A stretch of DNA of 64,000 bases from Macrostomum hystrix. Taxonomy: Eukaryota; Animalia; Platyhelminthes. Shown piece after piece: positions 57,960 to 64,000 of this stretch. The notes below the pieces were generated by a model that was given only the letters and a program-made list of their open reading frames with translations, did not search any database and was not told the DNA's origin. The translations under genes and the position numbers were made by a program. The stretch's first letter is position 1, and every line of letters starts with the position of its first letter. The DNA is taken from the NCBI GenBank assembly GCA_950097015.1, contig CATNEN010000007.1:4836001-4900000 (forward strand), written 5' to 3'.

Positions 57960-60900
57960 TTAACTGCCGCCTTCGATGTCTGCGTCCGGCAGACGACTTT
58001 CACCGGGTCTTAAAAGCGTTGGCCTGCGTGGAAAAGGGTAGACTGGTGTTTATACTAATGTTGCTGCATTAAATCATGAGCTGACACACTCTGAGCCATC
58101 AACTCATGAGCTGACACACACTGAGCCATCAACTCATGAGCTGACACACACTGAGCCATCAACTCATCAGCTGACACACTCTGAGCCATCAACTCATGAG
58201 CTGACATACACTGAGCCATCAACTCATGAGCTGACACACACTGAGCCATCAACTCATCAGCTGACACACACTGAGCCATCAACTCATGAGCTGACACACA
58301 CTGAGCCATCAACTCATGAGCTGACACACTCTGAGCCATCAACTCATGAGCTGACATACACTGAGCCATCAACTCATGAGCTGACACACACTGAGCCATC
58401 AACTCATCAGCTGACACACACTGAGCCATCAACTCATGAGCTGACACACACTGAGCCATCAACTCATGAGCTGACACACTCTGAGCCATCAACTCATGAG
58501 CTGACACACACTGAGCCATCAACTCATGAGCTGACACACACTGAGCCATCAACTCATGAGCTGACACACACTGAGCCATCAACTCATGAGCTGACACACT
58601 CTGAGCCATCAACTCATGAGCTGACACACACTGAGCCATCAACTCATCAGCTGACACACACTGAACCATCAACTCATGAGCTGACTGACACATAATTTTG
58701 CCCGGCCTGTACTTTTTCCAACTGCAGTAAGTACTCGCACAGTATTTCACTGACCTCCAGCCTCACAAAGATGGTCAAACGGAAATTGCAGTTTTGAAAA
58801 TCAAAGCTGGGAAATAACAGCTGAGGGGTGAGCTGGCCCGACAGTACAATGGACAACGGATCGCACAATAGACTGAGCAAGTAAGGAGTGGGGATTCCGT
58901 GGGAATTCAGTGGGAAAGTCAGTTCTGATAGCCTGAATAGTGAATTCAAGTGACAAATTTTGATTGCCTATGTGCTGAGGATGGGCCCAGAAATAATTTG
59001 AGGATCCTTGATTCTCAAGATCCGAAACTGAGGATTGAGGAGACGCTAGATACATTACTGATGTAATATGGGCATCTGAGATTCAGTGGCGAGTCAACCT
59101 CCATTATCTGGGACTAATGGAACAATAGCGCAATCATCCTGAGGATCTGGGATAGTGGCAAAATCATCCTGAGGATCTGGGATTGTGGCAAAATCATCCT
59201 GAGGATCTGGGATTGTGGCACAATCATCTAGAGTATCAGGGATAGTGGCACAATCATCTAGAGTATCAGGGATAGTGGCAAAATCATCCTGAGGATCTGG
59301 GATTGTGGCACAATCATCTAGAGTATCTGGGATAGTGGCACAATCATCTAGAGTATCAGGGATAGTGGCACAATCATCTAGAGTATCAGGGATAGTGGCA
59401 CAATCATCTAGAGTATCTGGGATAGTGGCACAATCATCTAGAGAATCAGGGATAGTGGCACAATTATCTAGAGTATCAGGGATAGTGGCACAATCATCTA
59501 GAGAATCAGGGATAGTGGCACAATCATCTAGAGTATCAGGGATAGTGGCACAATTATCTAGAGTATCAGGGATAGTGGCACAATCATCTAGAGTATCAGG
59601 GATAGTGGCACAATCAACTAGAGTATCAGGGATAGTGGCACAATCATCTAGAGTATCAGGGATAGTGGCACAATCAACTAGAGTATCAGGGATAGTGGCA
59701 CAATCATCTAGAGTATCAGGGATAGTGGCACAATCATCTAGAGTATCAGGGATAGTGGCACAATTATCTAGAGTATCAGGGATAGTGGCACAATTATCTA
59801 GAGTATCAGGGATAGTGGCACAATCATCTAGAGTATCAGGGATAGTGGCACAATCATCTAGAGTATCAGGGATAGTGGCACAATCAACTAGAGTATCAGG
59901 GATAGTGGCACAATCATCTAGAGTATCAGGGATAGTGGCACAATCATCTAGAGTATCAGGGATAGTGGCACAATTATCTAGAGTATCAGGGATAGTGGCA
60001 CAATTATCTAGAGTATCAGGGATAGTGGCACAATTATCTAGAGTATCAGGGATAGTGGCACAATCATCTAGAGAATCAGGGATAGTGGCACAATCATCCT
60101 GAGGATCTGGGATAGTAGCAAAATCATTTTTGGGATCTGGGATAATGGCACAATAACCCAAAGAATCTGGTATTATGATACAGTCTCTCTGTGAACTTGG
60201 GTATTATCCGTCGCAGTAAAAATGTTAAAAAGGCCATGAAAGCCTACGCACCGGACACTGGCTGGGCTCAGCGGCGGTTCCCAAGACGGGGATCCGCGGC
60301 GCAGCTCCCAGTTAGTACCATCCGCGCACCTGCAGTGGCAAATAGGTAGTTTGTACCATAGAGTGCAAGGTAGAGTAAATTAATACCATTCCATGCTTGG
60401 TCGGCCTTACCAGGACTTGATTGGCAGAAGCCAGAGTTGCCATCGATCGCCAAAGACTTGGAAAAAGTTTCTCTTAGGCCCCAAATCGAAGGCGAACTCG
60501 TCCGGGCCGGACTCAAGGATCGGGGCGCGGGAGCTCTCCAGTGTGGTTCGATTGCGCAGTGTGAGGAAGGCGTGGTAGCCCGCCAGGAACAGCAGAGACA
60601 GGGAGAACAGCCACGCGGCGAAGAACACGAACAGCACGTGGAATCTGTACGCCTGCACATCCGACATGCCCGCCTGGTGGCGCCGACGAATGGATGAGAT
60701 TGCTTGAGACTCAGATGATATTACTTTGAGACTGGGATGAGATTGCATGAGATTCGGATGATATTAGTTTGAGACTGGGGTGATATTGCTTGAGACTCAG
60801 ATGAGATTGATTGAGACTGGGATGAGATTGCTTGAGACTGGGATGAGAATGCTTGAGACTGGGATGAGATTGCTAAAGACTGGGATGAGAATGCTTGAGA

Positions 60901-61917
60901 CTGATACTAGAATGCTTGAGACTTTGATAATATTGGTTGAGAAGTGCTTAGACTTTGCTGTTGGCTGAGACTTTTAGCAATAAAAAGCAATAGCAAAACA
61001 CTAATTGTCTTAATGTTCATTGTGACTACTAACTTACTTCTCATAAGTAGTGTAGTTAGCAAAATTATCAGAATTTTAGCATCCACACCAGCTAGCTCGT
61101 AGATCGCTAAAAATAGCAAAAGACTTGAAATTAAAAAGGCCAGGCAAAAGACTCACTGTCCAGAAAGCGGCAAAGTACTGGGCGGAGCTGCCGCCAACGT
61201 AGCAGCAGTACACGGCTCCGTACGTCAGAAACAGCAGAAAGAATTTGTAGTTGTGCAAGCCGACGCAGTTGTTAACCCATGGGCAGTGATGGTCCATCTT
61301 CAGAAGGCAACTATAAGGATGAGGATTCGAACTCGGGACTTTCAAGGGAAGCGAATGAAAGTCAAAAAGGGGAATACTAGAATAGCTAGTCATATTTGCT
61401 TCAACGAATATAAAGCTAACTAATTTCCCCTTTTCAAAGAGAAGACTGCTGCGTCGCCATTCAAAGCGGCTAAAAATAGAAACAGAAAATTAGAACGCGC
61501 AGCTGAAGGTCACGAAATAGTCAGGTAGAAAAAAATTTTTCTGGTGCCTCAAGACTCAGCAAACATCGTTAGTGAGACTCCCAATAACTCAAGTATAAGA
61601 AAGGCGACTCACACTCCACAGGTGGAGCAGTGGTGAGCTCTATCCGGCTTAATCAGCTGGCAGGTGTCACAAATGCGGACAAAACTGCCAACAACGGCTC
61701 CGCTGCTGCTGAAGCCGCTGCTGCCGCCGATGGCGACACCATTGCCCTCTCCACCAACGCCGCGGACGCCGCGGACGCCGCCTCCTCGAGTGAAGATGGG
61801 GAGCCGCCTCTGGCTAACCAAGGCCAGCAGATACTCGCGCCGTCGATCAGCCCATTCGGCATCGTGTCCGAGAGGTCCGGGTTCGATGCTGGCCATGTCT
61901 GGCGGCGTCAGCTTAAA
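57960..61917 (-). CDS. ZDHHC: DHHC palmitoyl acyltransferase (ZDHHC2/15/20-like), 3' part; 5' exons not identified
   Basis: Exons 61917-61613 (..[29 protein letters not shown]), 61310-61157 ([28 protein letters not shown]) and 60673-60411 ([14 protein letters not shown]...[18 protein letters not shown]) are secure. Exons 60329-60252 and 58023-57960 are tentative but phase-consistent and end in TAA. Confidence 0.88.
58073..58686. repeat. Minisatellite, 30-bp unit catgagctgacacacactgagccatcaact, about 20 copies
   Basis: Directly visible. Confidence 0.95.
59115..60160. repeat. Minisatellite, 30-bp unit gggatagtggcacaatcatctagagtatca, about 35 copies
   Basis: Directly visible. Confidence 0.95.
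60705..60925. repeat. 21-bp tandem repeat gagactgggatgagattgctt, about 10 copies
   Basis: Directly visible in a ZDHHC intron. Confidence 0.85.
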
Positions 61918-61935
61918 CTGACAGTGGAAAATAGC

Positions 61936-62137
61936 AGTCTCTACATCCGTCTGTCCATTGAGTCTCTACATCCGTCTGTCCATTGAGTCTCTACATCCGT
62001 CTGTCCATTGAGTCTCTACATCCGTCTGTCCATTGAGTCTCTACATCCGTCTGTCCATTGAGTCTCTACATCCGTCTGTCCATTGAGTCTCTACATCCGT
62101 CTGTCCATTGAGTCTCTACATCCGTCTGTCCATTGAG
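61936..62137. repeat. 25-bp tandem repeat agtctctacatccgtctgtccattg, about 8 copies
   Basis: Directly visible, just upstream of the ZDHHC acceptor at 61917. Confidence 0.92.
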
Positions 62138-64000
62138 TTCCTATCTGTCTATCATTTGAGTATCTCTCTGTCTATCTAGACAGAATAGGCGAGAGAGACA
62201 CTAGTCCATTCTGCACTTTTTGAAGGCCGCGAGACAGAAGGATTAGGTGTTAATGGATTAAGATTGAAGACAGGAAGTCCAGAACTAGCTGCTAGGCGGA
62301 GAGGTGGATGATGAAATTGGGTAAAAGACAAGAGAAGAACTAATTGCTGGTTTAGGGGTAGATATATTTTCTGGCTTTGAATTGCAGACAGATCCTTTTA
62401 TCCCCAACGGACGATGAAAAGCGATGTAAAGCTTCAGCTCAGAATGTCAGCATGGATTGCACACTAATTATAGGATGGTAAATGGTGCCCCTTAAGGAAA
62501 AAATTAAAGAATATTTGAAGGGCTCTGCACCTTTGAGCAGAGATTGTAGTTCAGTAATAACTATCACATTAACTCCCCTTTTGGTGAGTTATTGATTACC
62601 AGCACAATTCACCAAGGGCAAGCTACATATACTAGATAGTAGAAAGAGAAGAGGACATACAAGGAAAGAAGATCACAAAAATTTAATCCAAAGGGCTCCA
62701 ACAGAGCCTTAAGAATTTATTGAAATTTATATGACATTATCAATAACATGAACTGTTGTAGATATTGCAAATTACATTAGCTGGACAGATATATGTGGGT
62801 GGGTGTGGTTTTGATCCCAATCCATTAGCAGTTTATGCAAAATCATTATTACTAGTAGTAGCTAATCTATTCACCTAACTCATGAATATCATGAAGACAT
62901 TTATGTCTTTTTCATGTTCACAATGAAAGCTCAAATAATTACTCACGTCTAGTGGGACAAGTGCAGGCTTGGTAAATACTGTTTGAATGTAGGCCCATAA
63001 GAACATTCCAAGAAAAATGTGGTAGAAGACAATAAGTGCCACTGAAAATAAAATTTAAGGAATAATAAACATACATATGTTTATATAGCATTCAGTAGCA
63101 TACATATATGCTACCCTACACTACATGGCTATTGCACTTTCTTGTGTGTAAAAGCTAATAAAATCAAATCTGACTGAAGTATTTTAATACACTGAATTAT
63201 TTAATCCTAAATTTATACCCCAACTTTGGAAAAAAATTCATAGCCAAAACTAAATTATTTAGGCCTAGCAATAACCAAATAGCTCTTAACTTCACCATCT
63301 AACAAGTATGATTTTTGTTCTAGGCCTTTTCTCAAGTTACAATTTTGTTATTTATGATAATAGTATAACATTTAGAAATATTATGGGAGTAACATTTAAA
63401 AATATATATATATATAAATACATTATATATGTAATATATAAATACTTGCTAAATACATTAAATAAGTTATATATAAATCCTTGCATAATAGATAATATAC
63501 TTCGAATAGATATTTACATACTCAATTTCACTAACTTTTGCAGTGACTGGCTTTGGTAAAATATCTTTATACTACGAAAATATTTTTGCTCACCCTTTTC
63601 TCCAATGTTACTGCTTGGAATAGCATCTAAAATGAAAGGAAGAATATGTTCAAACAGACTACATTGCTACATAAACATGCATTTTATTATTTAAAGAAGG
63701 CAAGAAAACACTTACAGATGCACATTGCAACAACATAGGCATAATAAGACCAAGCTATAATCAGGAAAATAAACACAAGAGGTATTGCTCTTGATATGTT
63801 CATGCATAGAAGCAAACATTTATTCATTGCTTACTCACAAATGTAAAAAATCTATATTTTAATAAAGGGCTTACTTAACAAATACTGCTTTTATTAACTG
63901 ACTGTTTTGTTCAATGGGGATTAAAATAATAATGGCTAGTTACCGACCCGAACTAGCCTTCACTCTTAACCGTTTCTTAGAAAATCACTTCTTTTAATCG

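Noticed and set aside
58055-58750. 231-aa ([10 protein letters not shown])n ORF that looks metal-binding
   Set aside because: Translation of a 30-bp minisatellite, with no non-repetitive coding support.
59094-60161. 355-aa ([10 protein letters not shown])n ORF and antisense ([10 protein letters not shown])n ORF
   Set aside because: A 30-bp unit (multiple of 3) gives stop-free frames automatically. It lies in a probable ZDHHC intron and the adjacent exon frame does not lead into it.
61320-61350. Isolated B-box-like gagttcgaatcc on the minus strand
   Set aside because: Too short, with no A box or SINE body recognisable.
4737-62137. CRISPR-like appearance of regular 20-40-bp repeats
   Set aside because: The units are directly adjacent with no unique spacers and no cas genes, in a spliced eukaryotic context.
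62200-64000. Possible upstream ZDHHC exons in the AT-rich right end
   Set aside because: No convincing transmembrane-helix exon with splice sites was found; the 5' part probably lies outside the window.

Overview
Eukaryotic (metazoan) genomic DNA with GT-AG introns, intronic minisatellites and a tRNA-derived SINE family. The style suggests a free-living flatworm such as Macrostomum, but that is inference only. Five genes were reconstructed by hand from splice sites and reading-frame phase. (1) 5' part of a dynamin, minus strand, running off the left edge. (2) Complete cytoplasmic dynein intermediate chain, plus strand, 5 exons, about 616 aa. (3) A giant secreted protein, minus strand, 13421-52101, 28 phase-consistent coding exons, about 8,660 aa. 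Its frame is SCO-spondin-like (signal peptide, EMI, EGF, 3x VWD-C8-TIL, 6 LDLa, TSP1/TIL, cystine knot). Its centre is a 16.26-kb single exon of Thr/Ser/Pro mucin tracts alternating with about 160-aa discoidin (FA58C)-like modules that carry an extra C-x6-C motif: 14 modules of 5 subtypes. (4) A small CXorf65/C22orf15-like gene, plus strand. (5) The 3' part of a ZDHHC2/15/20-type palmitoyltransferase, minus strand. Also present: a hAT-type MITE with a perfect 8-bp TSD, a second long-TIR element, 4-5 SINE copies and about 20 tandem arrays, many ending just upstream of a 3' splice site. The best candidate for something undescribed is the SCO-spondin/mucin hybrid and its repeated module. All domain calls are by eye; no database searches were run.
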